Part shown: one piece after another, positions 11,651-26,560 of the stretch
Numbering within the stretch: position 1 is the first letter of the stretch
Layout: each line of letters begins with the position of its first letter
Source of the DNA: Chrysomallon squamiferum
Taxonomy: Eukaryota > Animalia > Mollusca
Direction of reading: 5' to 3'
DNA length: 64,000 nt
NCBI GenBank assembly: GCA_012295275.1
Contig: CM022665.1
Coordinates: 43,462,001-43,526,000 of the forward strand
Notes under the pieces: generated by a model
What the model was told of the DNA's origin: nothing
The model's input: only the letters and a program-made list of their open reading frames with translations
The model's database searches: none
Position numbers and translations under genes: made by a program

Positions 11651-12999
11651 AATAATTAAAAATCTTAAATTTTTATAAATTTGCAATCTTTGATTTTTCA
11701 AAACTCTAGTTTCATTATTAAAAATATTTATTTATTCAGAATTTCTGAATTCTCAGTCCCCCATTTTCAAAATTTTTGTTACTCTAAATTCAGTATCTAA
11801 AATCTTTCTTTCTTTTTTTTTTAAATCATGTTTCTCAACATCTAAAATACTGAAATTCTAAATTTCTTCATTTTTACCTACACCGAGACTCAGATATTCT
11901 CTTATTCACCAATTCTGAAATTGAGACTAAAACTTTTTATCTTTCTGTCATTTAATGACCTCCACAACAGTATGATACCACTACTACTACTAATGATGAT
12001 GATGATAATATCATCATCATCTTTTTTCCTCTTTTTTTTTTCAAAATAACCTTACACAAAATACAAAAATAACAAAACAAAAAAAAACCTTCCCATATTT
12101 TTCTGCTGCTCACATTGTTAGCTATGTTTTATTTTTTTTTTATTATTATTATTTTTTGTTTATTTATTTTTTATTGACATATTTCTGTTTATTTATATAT
12201 TTATATTTATTCTGTATTCCTTTTTGTTAATATTATTATTATTTTATTTATTTATTTATTTATTTTCGCTTAATTCTTCTTTTTCCGTTATTCTTCTTCT
12301 TTTTTTTTTTTTTTTTTTAATTTTTGCCCCATTTTTAGAGCACTTACGGTAATTACGTAATTCTTATTGTACTGATAACCTATCTGTGCTGTTTCCACTC
12401 AGAACTAAGTGTTCACCTTACAGCTGGCTGTTGTCACGGTGACAGCTTCAAGTAGAAATTATCATGGTAACAGAAAGATCACCAAGTATTTGTTTAAACA
12501 CAGAAGAATGTTCGGGCCCTTTCCCAGATGTTACAACTGAACGTTTTATCACCACTTACCTCCCTTTATCTCACCTGCGTTTAATTAATTAACTTTAACC
12601 TAATCTTTTGACACAGGTTTTGTTATATAGATATATATATATGGTTTTTTTTTTTTAACGTTTCTTTTGTTTTAGTAGGGCTTTATTTGTTTGTTGTCGT
12701 GGGTTTTTTTTTAAAATTATTTTAGTTTAAAAAAAAATTTATTGTTTTTTTAAATTTTATTTTATTTTATTTATTTATTTTTTTAATTATTTTTATTATT
12801 AATATTCTTAATTTTAATTTTTTAATTTCTGCACTTGTTGTATGTGGATGTTAAAAGTTAATTTATTCAACAATCTATTTTATTCCCCTGTACTCCTTCA
12901 TTTTATCCATCCATCCATTCATCACTTGTATCTTTTTTTTTTTTAATTATCCAATATCGTATTATTTTATTTATACTGGGTAGCCATTTGTTATCTAGT

Positions 13000-13465
13000 C
13001 TTTCTTATTTTCTTTTTTCGTCTTTTTTTTGTTCATTTCTTTCTTTCTTTCCTTTCTTTAATTCATTTTCTTCCTTACATTTTTCATTCTTTCTTTCATT
13101 CATTCTCTCTTTTCTTTCATTCTTTCTTTTCCTTTTACTCGTTTTCTTTTCCTTCATTTATTCTTTCTTTTCCATTCTTTTATTCATTCTTTCTTTCATT
13201 CATTCTGTCTTTTTCTTTCTTTCTCTCTTTTTCTTTCATTCTTTCTCTCTTTTTTTTTCTTTCATTCATTCTTTCTTTTCCATTCTTTCTTTTTCTTTTC
13301 TTTCTTTTCTTTCATTCTCTCTTTTTCTTTCTTTCATTCATTTTCTTTTTCTTTCATTCTTTCTTTCTTTTTCTTTCATTCATTCTTTCATTTTTCCTCA
13401 TTCTTTCATTCATTCTTTCTTTCATTCATTCTTCCATTCATTCTTTCATTCTTTCTTTCGTTCTG
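13000..13465. repeat. Degenerate (TTTC)/(TTCA)n polypyrimidine tract
   Basis: Seen directly. Confidence 0.9.
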
Positions 13466-14639
13466 TACTCAATAACCCTCACATTACACAAAACACTTCA
13501 CATCATCTACGTCCAAAAACCTTAGATCACTATTTTTGATTACCTCAACATACTTTCTTACTTTTTTATCCATATTTTTTTTTTCTCTCTCTCTTTTTTT
13601 TTTTTTTTTTTTTTAAATCCGTTATATTTTCCCAAAAAACTGAGTCTCTGTTGTTGCTTCAAGGAAGGAATCTAGATGAACTTTTCTATTCCTTTGATTT
13701 TATTGTAAAAACGCAGATAAGCGTTAACGCATATACGTCATCTTCAAGCATGATGTATGTGCTAAAACATAAATACACGGGCAGAAAAATAATACCTCAG
13801 TGATTAATTTAACCTGTTAGAAATCGTAGACGATCATTTTTAACAAAGATGTCACTGTCTTCAGTAATCATGTGTGTTTTTTTTATTTTTTTTTTTACTC
13901 AGGGTTGAGATATCTGGCTGCACTCTGTTGAAAAGTGTGCGATATTAAGATATATCTCACGGGTTTTGGAAAATAGACTTAATACACTGGGATATTTGTA
14001 AATATTCCATGGTGTGTGTGTGTGTGTGTGTAATATTAATTTCATATATATGTTTTATATGTGTGAGAATATTTGATTTCATGATTTCGTATATTTATTA
14101 GCGAGAATGTTTTTTTTTTTTTTTTTTTTTTTTTTTGAGTGTGTGAAAGTTTCTATGGATATAAAAATGTTTTTTTTTTTTTTCTCTCTTTATCTGTTGT
14201 GAAAAACGTAGGTTTGTTTTTTGAGATTTTTTATTTAGATATACGTTTATTTTTGTGTTAGTGTTATTAGAATTAATGATTCTGTTTATGTATATGTAAT
14301 AAATAATTATAGTAAAAAATTTGTCGTTATATGTGTGTTCATGCATATGTATAGGCCTATATGTTTGGATATACACACACACATACATACATATCTATAC
14401 ATACATATGTACATATGTACATCTGTTCAACACAAAAATATATGATATTTAACAAGAGAGAGAGAGAGGGGCATTTTAGATTATTATAAATATAAATTAC
14501 ACATGGCAGTATTGAGAAAGATTAATTAAGCTGAACTTCATACATTCAGACACTGAGGAAACTTCACATTTTCTTCTCACACACAAATCTCACTTTCTTC
14601 TCACTATTTCACACACATCTGCACTTTGTTTCACATTCA

Positions 14640-15044
14640 TATTCTCTCTTTCTCATAAATTATACTTTCTCTCGCTCTCTCTCTTTCTCATACTCTCTGT
14701 CTCACTATCTCTTCCTTATTTTCTCTTTTTGTCTCTTTCTCTCACACTCTCTCTCAATCTCTTCTATCTTTTGCACTTTCAGTCTCTCTCTTATTCTCTC
14801 TGTCTCTCACTCTCACTCTCTGTCTCTCTCTCTTGTTCTCTCTCTCTCATTCTCTCTTGTTCTCTCTTTTTCTCTCTCTCACTCTCTCTCTTGTTCTCTC
14901 TGTCTCTCACTCACTCTCACTCTCTCTCTCGTTCTCTCTCTCTCTCTTGTTCCCCCTCTCTCTCTGTGTCTCTCTCTTGTTCTCACTCTCTCTCTCGTTC
15001 TCTCTTTCTTGTTCTCTCTCTTTTTCTCTCTCTCTCTCTCTCTT

Positions 15045-15122
<78 letters not shown>
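14640..15122. repeat. (CT)n microsatellite, degenerate on the left and pure on the right
   Basis: Seen directly. Confidence 0.95.
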
Positions 15123-15124
<2 letters not shown>

Positions 15125-16083
15125 CTTTTCTTTATCACACCCCCTCAACTCTCCCCCTCTTCAACCTGTTCCTCCTCCCACTCTCATTCGCCTTAAACCT
15201 CCCACATTCGTCTTAAGGTGTGTTTTCCCCCTGCCCCCCCTGCCCCACCTGCCCCCTCCGCTGATAAACACAATGATTAATTGACAATATATTTCTTAAA
15301 CAAACCCTCGCAGGAGAGTGGTTATGAACAGAACGTGCGATAACTTGTGTATTACACCAACGCCATTTGACGTCTAGACACCGGTTACAAGATAAAATAC
15401 AGAGACAATTGATGTCTCTGCTCTTATCTGACCTTCACATGTGGCCTCATCTCATTGTCTATCTGACGTGTTTATCACTGCAGTCCAGTAAACAGGTTTC
15501 TTTATAGTAATATTCATGAAATTAGTCATTTTTTTGTTTTTTTTTGTACCATTTAGTCATATGTACACGTATTTCCGTTTTTTTTTTTTTGTTTTTTTAC
15601 AAAAATAAAATGAGTAATTTTTATGATTATTTGTTAGTAATGTTAGTAATATTCATATTTCTGTGTTATAATAAAAATTAGTCACTTTTTGTGCTAAGTG
15701 ATAATAATAATGATATTAATATTTGCTTTTTATGGTCTGGAAGATAAAAAATTAGTAACTGTTATATTACCTAGAAATGATCTGTAAGAAGTTTTTTTTA
15801 TTCTGTGTGTATGTGTAGTTGTGTGAGTATGTGAGTGAGTGAGGGGTGTGTGGGTGGGTGTGACTGTGTGACTGCATCTGTCTGAGTATGTGAGTGTGTG
15901 TATGTTTATGTTTGAATGTGGGTGTGTGTTTATGGGTGTTTGTATGGATGAATGTGTGTGAATGAGCTTTTTTTTATGTCTATGAATATGTATATGTTTA
16001 TGTATTTGTGTGTGTGGGTTGTGTATGTACAGGTGTATGTGTGCTTATACATACATACATATACACACACATACATACATAGA

Positions 16084-16114
<31 letters not shown>

Positions 16115-16208
16115 GTAAGTACATACATACATACATAAGTACATACATACATATATATAAATATACGTATGTTTATGTGTATGTGTATCTGTTTGTATAT
16201 GTGTATTA

Positions 16209-16252
<44 letters not shown>

Positions 16253-16904
16253 TAAGTATATACATATGAAGGTGTCACAGAAGAAAAACAAATTGACAAA
16301 ACACAGGTAAACAACCTTGACATTGTGATATCAGAATGTGTGACAGAAATCACCTGAGATATTCATATCTCACCTTCCTCATTGCATTTGTGTGTAAACA
16401 ACATTATTATTTATATCATCACATACACTGTCACTTGACAGGAGCCTGACCCCACCCCCCCCACCCACCCTTTCATCACTGTGGCCTTTTCTGTCTCATA
16501 ATTTTATTTGTCTAACTGATAGCTTAATGAACGTAGAAATATTTTCTTGGATCTAGTTGTTTGTTAATTAGGCTGTTTAGTTTTGATACAGTATGCAGTT
16601 AATTTAATGTAAAATGTTTTGTAGAGTTTTAGAAAGAGAGTAGATGTAATGGTAGAAAGACTGATTTTAATTTATTAGATAAATAAATAATAGTAATTAT
16701 GATGATGATGATGATTGTAGTTATTAATATGATGATAATGGTAATGATGATTAAAAACAGATGGTTGATATTGTTTAGAAAATTATATTTATTTAAATAA
16801 AATGATATAGTTATTCTAAAAACTTAATGTTTTTATTTTTTTTATATATTTCTGTCGTTCTATTTATGTAATACAAAATACTCATTTACTTACTAAATAA
16901 CAAT

Positions 16905-17165
16905 ATGATATAATATAATATAATATAATATAATATAATATAATATAATATAATATAATATAATATAATATAATATAATATAATAAAATAACATAAAATA
17001 AAATAAAATAAAATATAATATATATAATATAATACAATATATTATAATATAATATGATATGATATGATATGATATAATATAATATAATATAATATAATAT
17101 AATATAATATAATATAATATAATATAATATAATATAATATAATATAATATAATATAACATAACAT
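16905..17165. repeat. (TAATA)n pentanucleotide microsatellite
   Basis: Seen directly; explains the YYIIL ORFs. Confidence 0.95.
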
Positions 17166-17199
17166 AATAAACATTATAATCTGATGTTTACATCTTTAA

Positions 17200-17710
17200 G
17201 TATTTATGTGTTGTCAGTGATACAGTACAAAAATCTTAATTCATTTACAAAAAACAAGAATGTGACTAAGACATATATACTAAGTACAAGATGTTTGTTT
17301 TCTGATAGATAATGTCACGTGACCAGGAGATATCAGTGATATGTCACATTTATACCTTTATATTACTTATTTAAAATGTTACAAAAATGTTCATTTATTT
17401 ACAAAATAACAAGAATATAACTAAAACAACAACAACAGAAAAAAAGAAAAAAAAACCATACTAAACATTCTAACTATAACAAATATATGTGGTGTGATTT
17501 CTGTTGTCTTTTAGATAATGTTATCTGACTGGGAAGATACCAGTGACATGTCATATTTAAATTATCTTATTTACATGTCATAAAAAAAAAATCTTCATTT
17601 ATTTACAAAACATATAAACCAAACTGTAATAAGCAATATGGTGTGATGTGTTGTCTTGTAGATAAAGACATCCTGACTGGGAGATATCAGTGACATACAC
17701 TTACATGCTG
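17200..17710. repeat. Diverged tandem repeat, ~3 copies of ~170-200 bp
   Basis: TAGATAA...TGACYRGGAGATAYCAGTGAYATGTCA and TTCATTTA(TTTA)CAAAA recur near 17305, 17510 and 17660. Confidence 0.75.
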
Positions 17711-18987
17711 TGACATATTTATTACAATGAGTAGTGGTCTGATGATTGTTGTCTTAGTCCAGTGTCTTAGTCCAGCCATGGTGAGATAAGGGGGAGTGGA
17801 CCTGTGGTTAGAGTGAGTGTCCAGTGTCCAGCTGAATCAGATGTTTTTGTTTTATTTCAGTAAATTGTTATTGTATGCAACAAGAAGACTTTTTTTTCTC
17901 TAAAGATTTGTAAATTTGTTATTGTTGGATGTGTGTGTGTTAATTTTGTTAGTACAGACAATTAATGATTCATTGTTTAGAAATTTTTGAGTATAGTATT
18001 ATTGTTGTTCCTGTTATTGTTGTTGTTGTTATTATTATTATTAAATATTTTTGTTCTTGTTCATTAAATGTTTTTTATTATTATTATTATTATTATGAAC
18101 AGCATTGTTTTTGTTGTTATTATATATATATATATATATATACAGATAATTTTGTTGTGATGTATATCATCATATATATATACACACACACACAAACACA
18201 CACTTTATATATATATATCATACATAATTTTATTGACTTTGACATAACCTCATTATATTAAATTAAATACTACAATAAAATTAACATAATTATACAAAAT
18301 CATTTACTTAAATTAAAACACCAACTTCTTTAATTTTCAAAAACACAAATAAATCATCCCAAGTTTTTGTTTTCTAGAAATCTTCTGATACTCAACATCT
18401 GTTTACACAATGGAAACATTTTTTTTTTTTTTTTTTTTTTTTTTGTATAATTACCATCACAGGCATTAAAAGATTATCACCATGGCAACAGGAAATATTC
18501 CTGAGCATCTCTGTGTGTGTGTGACCCCAAAGTTAGTCAGAGTTTCGTGTGACAGTTTTAATTGGTCATTTTATCAATTCTGATGCAACCTGAGACTGAA
18601 AGTTTGTGTTTTTTTGTGTTGCGAAATCCTGGACTGATTAGAGAGAACGGAAAACTTTCTCATCTACAAATGTTGACTCTTGTTGTTTTGTGGATGTATT
18701 TTTTTTTTTTTTTTTTTCTTGAACAGAAATGATTGGGTTCTTACCTGTCAGAAATTTAAATAAAAACAATTAAAAAAAAAAAACCATTTTATGTCAGAAG
18801 GGAAAGGTCTGAAAATATATTAACTAAAATTTTTGTGAGAGTAGAGAATATAATAAATACTGTCTGATAGGGCTGAAGGATTGGTGTGTGTGTGTGTAAG
18901 TTTTTAATCTTCAGTGTATGTAAAATACATGTGATATGATATGCATACATAAAATTAATAAATATGTAGTTTTAGCAGAAAAGACAA

Positions 18988-19025
<38 letters not shown>

Positions 19026-19045
19026 TAATAATGATAATGATAATG

Positions 19046-19086
<41 letters not shown>

Positions 19087-19090
19087 GATA

Positions 19091-19151
<61 letters not shown>

Positions 19152-19517
19152 TAATAATAATAACAATAGTAATGACAGTAGTAGTAATGATAGTGGTAGT
19201 AGTAGATCTAGCAGTAGTAGTAAATAAATAAATAAATAATAAAAAATAATAAAACTGTTAATAGTTAAAATCTTTGTTACTGAAAATGAATGCATGAACA
19301 CAATCTCAACATTAAAGGTTTTTTTAGATTTTATGTTTCTTGTATTATTATAATGTGGTACAGCCCCTGCATTAGCTATTTTTTTTAATCAGTGAACCTT
19401 CCCATAAACAGAAAAATCAAAATAATATCACAATCTTTGATACATTTGTAAATTTTATTATTATTGTTGTTGCTGATGTTGTTGTTAATAAATATTTATT
19501 ATTATTATTATTATTTA

Positions 19518-19567
<50 letters not shown>

Positions 19568-19640
19568 TACTATTATTATTACTATTACTATTACTATTAC
19601 TATTATTATTATTATTAATTTTTTTTATTATTATTATTAT
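18988..19640. repeat. (AAT/GAT)n tract (18988-19230) and opposite-orientation (ATT/ACT)n tract (19455-19640)
   Basis: Seen directly. Confidence 0.9.
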
Positions 19641-19809
19641 GAAACCCTGACTGTATTGGGAAATCACCCATCAGTTAGAACAAAGGAGTATTGATCCTGC
19701 AATCTGTTACATTTAAACTGGTCACTCAAACCAAACTGTTCTGTAGCAAGAGCACTTGAGGTGAATAAAAAAAAAAAAAAAATCAAAAACCTGGAATTTG
19801 ACCCATATC

Positions 19810-20560
19810 CACTTGTTACCATGTAATGTTATGTAACAGAACATCTGATTGATTGAAACAATTATACATTATGTAACAACAGTTATGATTGGTGCTTTTC
19901 ATATTCAAAAAGTGCCAATCACAACTGTTGTTATGTAATACTATGTAACACAGCTTCTCATTACTTAAAACAGTTAAACGTATATTTGAAATACCAGTCT
20001 AAACTGTTATTATGTAATACTGCATTTCATTGGTTGAAACAAATAAACATGCATGTAAAAACACCATTTATAATTGCTGTTATGTGATGTTATATAAGAA
20101 AGCTTTTCATTGCCTGAAACAATTAAAGAAGTATGTAAAAACAATCATAACTGTTGTTGTACAGTATTATGAAACTTTGATTGCTTGAAACAATTAAATA
20201 TGTATGTAAAAAAAAACACCTCTTGTTATTATGTAATATTACGTTTGATTGGTTGAAACAAATGAACATGTATGAAATATGCACCAGTCGTAATCATTAA
20301 TACATAACATTATGTAACGGAAATTCTGATTGCTTCAGACAACTACACTTAATGAAAAATGCACCAATCATCATCCTGTAACATTCAGTACAAGAGGAAA
20401 CAGGCTGTGATGGAGTGGGGGAGAGTTTATCACTTTGTTTGCTTTTCTTACTTTGTCCAGGTGAGAACTGTTTACCTGTGTGAACAGAACACCTGTGGTT
20501 TGTTGTGCTGCTGTTACCTCGTGTTACCTGGTTGTTATGTAACACTGGCTGTGATTGGGT
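19810..20560. repeat. Decayed ~75-80 bp tandem repeat rich in RTTATGTAAY (D-box) and CCAAT/ATTGG motifs
   Basis: Recurring unit AACTGTTRTTATGTAAT...TGATTGGTTGAAACAATTAAAC.TGTATGTAAAAAC; perfect RTTATGTAAY at 19828, 19868, 19930, 20009, 20228, 20309 and 20534. Confidence 0.75.
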
Positions 20561-20672
20561 AACAGTGTGGCAGTGATACTTTTCATGCTGTGTGTTATTG
20601 CAACCTTTAATAAACAGCTTTAGAAAGAAAAGAAATAATCCCAGTCTTTATAGTCTTATTCATGTATATATA

Positions 20673-20719
<47 letters not shown>

Positions 20720-20779
20720 ATCTTTGTATGTAAATTATTTTGTTTATCTATATATATATATATATATAGATACATCTGT

Positions 20780-21232
<453 letters not shown>

Positions 21233-21634
21233 TGCATTACCCAACCCAACCCAACCAGTGAGGGAGGGAGAGTCGCACTCACTCCCAGAACCTGCTAACG
21301 AGAAAATAATTGAGTGTTTGGATACCTTCACTGTGTACAAAATAAGTTTTACTGCCTGCATCAAAGGTAGCTGCAACAGGGAGCTATCTCAATCTAATTT
21401 GATTTACAAGTTGAGTTAATCTTTATTGGCCATATCTTCAGTTAGTAGACATTTCTTAAAGGTTTGTACTATGTACCATGATCTGTTTGCCATCTGTTTT
21501 CATGCCAAGTTCTGCGGTTTCATTTTTTTTTCTTCTTTTTTTTTTTGTATAATCACCTGTGTGAATTGCTCAATCATTCTGAACTTCATAGTTAATTAAT
21601 TAGAAGAAGTGAGTGGGTTTTTTTGGAGGGGGGG

Positions 21635-21689
<55 letters not shown>

Positions 21690-22186
21690 ATTAAATTTAT
21701 TATTTATGTGTTTTACTTGTTGTTGAATAATAATGATGGATAAGAATTTGTGAAATGAAATAGTTCAAAATCACATGTTTTATAGTATGTATTTTTTTTT
21801 TTTATTTAAAATTTTTATATATTACTATGCTTAAATGTATAAACTGAAATTTTTTGTATGATTAAATACAATTACTCTTTCAGTAAATAGCTTGAAATAT
21901 TTTACATTCAGTTTGACAGCTTGGTACAACATATTCTTAGTATTAACAGCCCAGTTCAGAGGTTTAGAGTAAAAATATTGGTACATTTCTAATGAATAAT
22001 GATATAATACACATTACAGTACCCAGTGCAATGTCTTCATTCAGTATGTACTTGATATGAATGCTTGATACATTCTTGATACCTAATAGATAGAGATATG
22101 TATAAAACACAAACATTAACAAATAACACAATAAAACATACTAATATATACATATATGTACTTATAGACAAACACAAACTGACAAG

Positions 22187-22337
<151 letters not shown>

Positions 22338-22607
22338 CTGGCTCTAGTTAAAAAAAGACTGTGGTGGGAAAGTCTGTGGAAGATTCTTTCAAGTGGCTCT
22401 CCCCTCAAGATTAAATCTTGTTAAAATCTAATAAAGTGAGACTCCTTATCTCCTTGCCCACCCCCACCCCCAGGGTTCAGGGGAAAGGAACTCTGTGAAT
22501 GGTCCTCCCACTTATTAGGAAGTGGAGAACGTACTTAATGTTTTGTCAGGCAAAGTAAAAACTGTTTATTGGCTGTGTAACTAACAACAGATGCTGTTAT
22601 TTTTCTC

Positions 22608-22638
<31 letters not shown>

Positions 22639-22639
22639 C

Positions 22640-22682
<43 letters not shown>

Positions 22683-22862
22683 TCTATTTGTTTATTTATT
22701 TATTTATTTATTTATTTGTTTGTTTGTTTGTTTGTTTACTTATTTATTTATTTGTTTATTTGTTTATTTATTTACTTATTTATTTACTTATTTATTTATT
22801 TATTTATTTGTTCGTTTGTTTACTTATTTATTTATTATTTATTTATTTACTTATTTACTTAT
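22608..22862. repeat. (TTTA)/(TTTG)n tetranucleotide repeat
   Basis: Seen directly. Confidence 0.95.
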
Positions 22863-23692
22863 TTCTTTCTATTTTCAGTTTTTTTTTTCTTAAAAATGAA
22901 ATTTATTTAATTTATGGAGTCAGATAAATTTGTAGTCATTATATATCTATATATATATTGTGATTTCATAGCTTTCTGGAGAAATTTGTATTTTTTCTGT
23001 GAGATTTTGTATTTACATCTGAAGCTGAAACATATTAACTAACTTTATGATGTTCTGCATTCTTGTATTGGGTCCATACATTTCTAGTGAAATCCCAATA
23101 TAAAATATGAAAAATGTTGCAAAAAAATCCTGGGAAATGCTTGTGATTCCATGAAAAAAAACAAAAAGGACAAAAATCCCATTAAAAATTAATAATAACA
23201 AAGATTAAAGAAATAAATAAAGAAAAAAGAACAACAACAAAATCAATCCCACTGATATTTGATGCAGTTAATACAAATCATTTTTCTCAGATCACCAACA
23301 AAGAATACTTTCTTTTATGACCAGTTTTTCAAAAAAAAAAAAAAAACACATTTCTTTATTTCTATGATGGGAAAAGACATTGGCAACATCTCAATTGATA
23401 TCTGTTAACTGTCAGCAAGAAGAAACCTCACAGCAATGAAGCTTTAGAGAGAGAGAGAAAGACAAAGAGAGAAAATACGAAAAATTATTTTTGACGAAAA
23501 TTAAAATGTTTTGACCTGTTATCTGTGCCATCATCAAAGTTTCCATGCTAGTTGAAAACATCAAAACATCAAATCAACCTAATCTCTAGTGACTGGAGCC
23601 TAATCAAAGCCAACACAACCACAACACAACGACGTGTCTGTCTGTGATGATGTCGGACATGCAGTCGATACGAGAAATATTCGACGTATTTG

Positions 23693-23710
23693 AAAAATGA
23701 CGTCATTTTT
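23693..23710. promoter_or_regulatory. 18-bp perfect palindrome centred on a full CRE (AAAAATGACGTCATTTTT), with AP-1 TGAGTCA at 23784-23790
   Basis: Exact TGACGTCA at 23698-23705 within a CpG-containing island. Confidence 0.35.
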
Positions 23711-24848
23711 GAACTGGTGTTGGTTAAAAACTGTGTAGAACTCAGTCTGTGGAGATCGTTTCACCAAGATGCTGATGGAATTTTGAGTCATAATGATGTA
23801 CACATTTTGAATGATAATGATGTTGTCAGTTTTGATTCATAATGATGTTGTTTGTTATTTTTTATTCTTAAAAAGTGTTGATCTTTATTTCATAATGAAG
23901 TTGTCTCTGACTTTTCATAACAGTATTTTTGTTCATTTGGACTGATAATAATGAACTAAAGCAGAATGCAAAGAAATTGTCAATAATGGTTTGTTACAGA
24001 ATTTTTTATTTATTTATTTATTTTTTTTTTAATTTTAATTTTTGTTTTTTAATTTACAGATTATACAAATTTCCATGCTTGTGTAAAAATTGAAAAAAAA
24101 AAAAAAAAAAAAAAACTGAAATGTAAAAACACACACACACCCTAAATTTTTTTTTTTTTTTAATTTTAATTTTCCCATGATTTTGTGTTTATGTTAAAAT
24201 TTAATAAAATGTATACAGTGAAAAAAAACATGCTTTTTCTTTCACATCTTTTCATCTTTTACCCTATTTTTATTTTTATTTATTTTTATTATTATTTATT
24301 TATTTAAAAATTTTTTCATGTCTAATTTTCTTTCTTTTTTATTGAATCTTTATTTTTTCTTTCTATTAATATCTTCATTAATACTTTCTTACTTTCACCT
24401 TTTTTCTTTTTCACTCTTCCTCTTTTTTTTTTAATAATATTTTTTTAAATTTCTTGTTTTATCTTTCAAAATGTCTTCTTCCACATAATTAGAGCTCTAA
24501 ATTTAGTTCTTGTGTTTTTCTTTCTCAAATTTATCATAAACTTATCAGTAAAGTGTTTTTACTTAATGACAATTTTTATTTTTATTTTTTTTTAATATCA
24601 CATGATATATCTACTATGAACTTTGTCCTAAAAATACATAAACATTTTTTTAAAATTTATTTTAATTTTATATATCTTCAGAGATTCATTTCAACTTTTC
24701 CCACTCACAAGAGGAATATTTGAAGATTATTTTTAAAAGTAATTTTTCTCTAAACACTTTTCTGTCAGAAAGTCTAATTGTGGAAAAGTTTCAAAGAAAG
24801 GTACCTTAAGTTAGTCTGTATAACAGTCACTTCACTGTTCTGTACTTG

Positions 24849-25519
<671 letters not shown>

Positions 25520-26344
25520 CATTCAACAACATCTTACACTAAAAGTAAACTTCTCACACATTTAAAAAATGAAACTTTTCTTTTAGCACCATATCTTCAA
25601 CCCCTTTTAATCTTTACAACCATTTACCCAAGTTGCTGTTTTTTCTATTAAAGATACAAAAATCAACACAAAAAAATAAAAATAAAACAGAAAACAGAAA
25701 AAAAACCCACCATCTCCACAGATTTGCTATCAGATTCTGCAACAATATACACACTGTGAATGAAAGTGCATTTCATTTCTTAATTCCATACCTAATGGAT
25801 GTAAACAATTTTTGTTGTTTATTCTGATATCCTCATCGCAGTTTCTATGGTTACCGAATGATTGTATAATGGATTCCAAAGCTGTGAAAAATATTAGAAT
25901 TTTTTTTTTTTTTTTCAAACGGTGATTTTTATTATCTGATGTATTTTACAAGGTTATGTTTGTGTGTTTAGGCTATTTTCCATGTGACTGATATGAATTT
26001 TAGAAAGAAAAAACAAAAAAGAGAGAGAAAATGTTTATTTAAGTTTAATTCTTATTACAGACAAGTGGCAATTTATAAAAAAAAGAATTAGAAAGAAAAA
26101 AATTTTAAAATATATATTTTTTAAAATTACTTTAATTTTTAATACATGTGTGTGACAATAAACGTTAAATTTTTGAAAAAAGAAGTTGAAAAAACAAAAA
26201 CGAAATAAAAACGCAAACACATGGTAGAAGTTTTAATAAATTTAAAATTTTTAATTTTTGTTTTTTTGATGACACATTTGGAATATTTTAAACTATATTA
26301 ACATGACATGATCATCTAAATAACATGAAATAAAAACTACTGCC

Positions 26345-26560
26345 AAAGCATGGGCTATTCTTTTTTAATTAGCAGCAAAGGATCTTTTTTTTTACCTTCC
26401 CGTAATCAGGAACTGTTAATAAAATACTCTTTTAAACAATGCTGATTTGTTTATGTTCATTTTCATGAAAATGATACAAAAAAAAAAAAAAAAAAAAAAA
26501 AATGTTTCTTTTAGACAAAGGGTTACTCTTTTTTCAGTAACCTTCCCATAAACAGAAAAA
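26345..26560 (-). mobile_element. SINE fragments (same family as 8095-8310), inverted
   Basis: CATGGGCTATTCTTTTTTAATTAGCAGCAAAGGATCTTTT is the reverse complement of the family's AAAAGATCCYTTGCTGCTAAT...AGTAGCCCATG block. AACCTTCCCATAAACAGAAAAA near 26540 is also present near 19396. Confidence 0.55.

Noticed and set aside
23644-23775. C/D-box snoRNA (GTGATGA ... CTGA)
   Set aside because: No good terminal stem and no rRNA-complementary guide that I could recognise.
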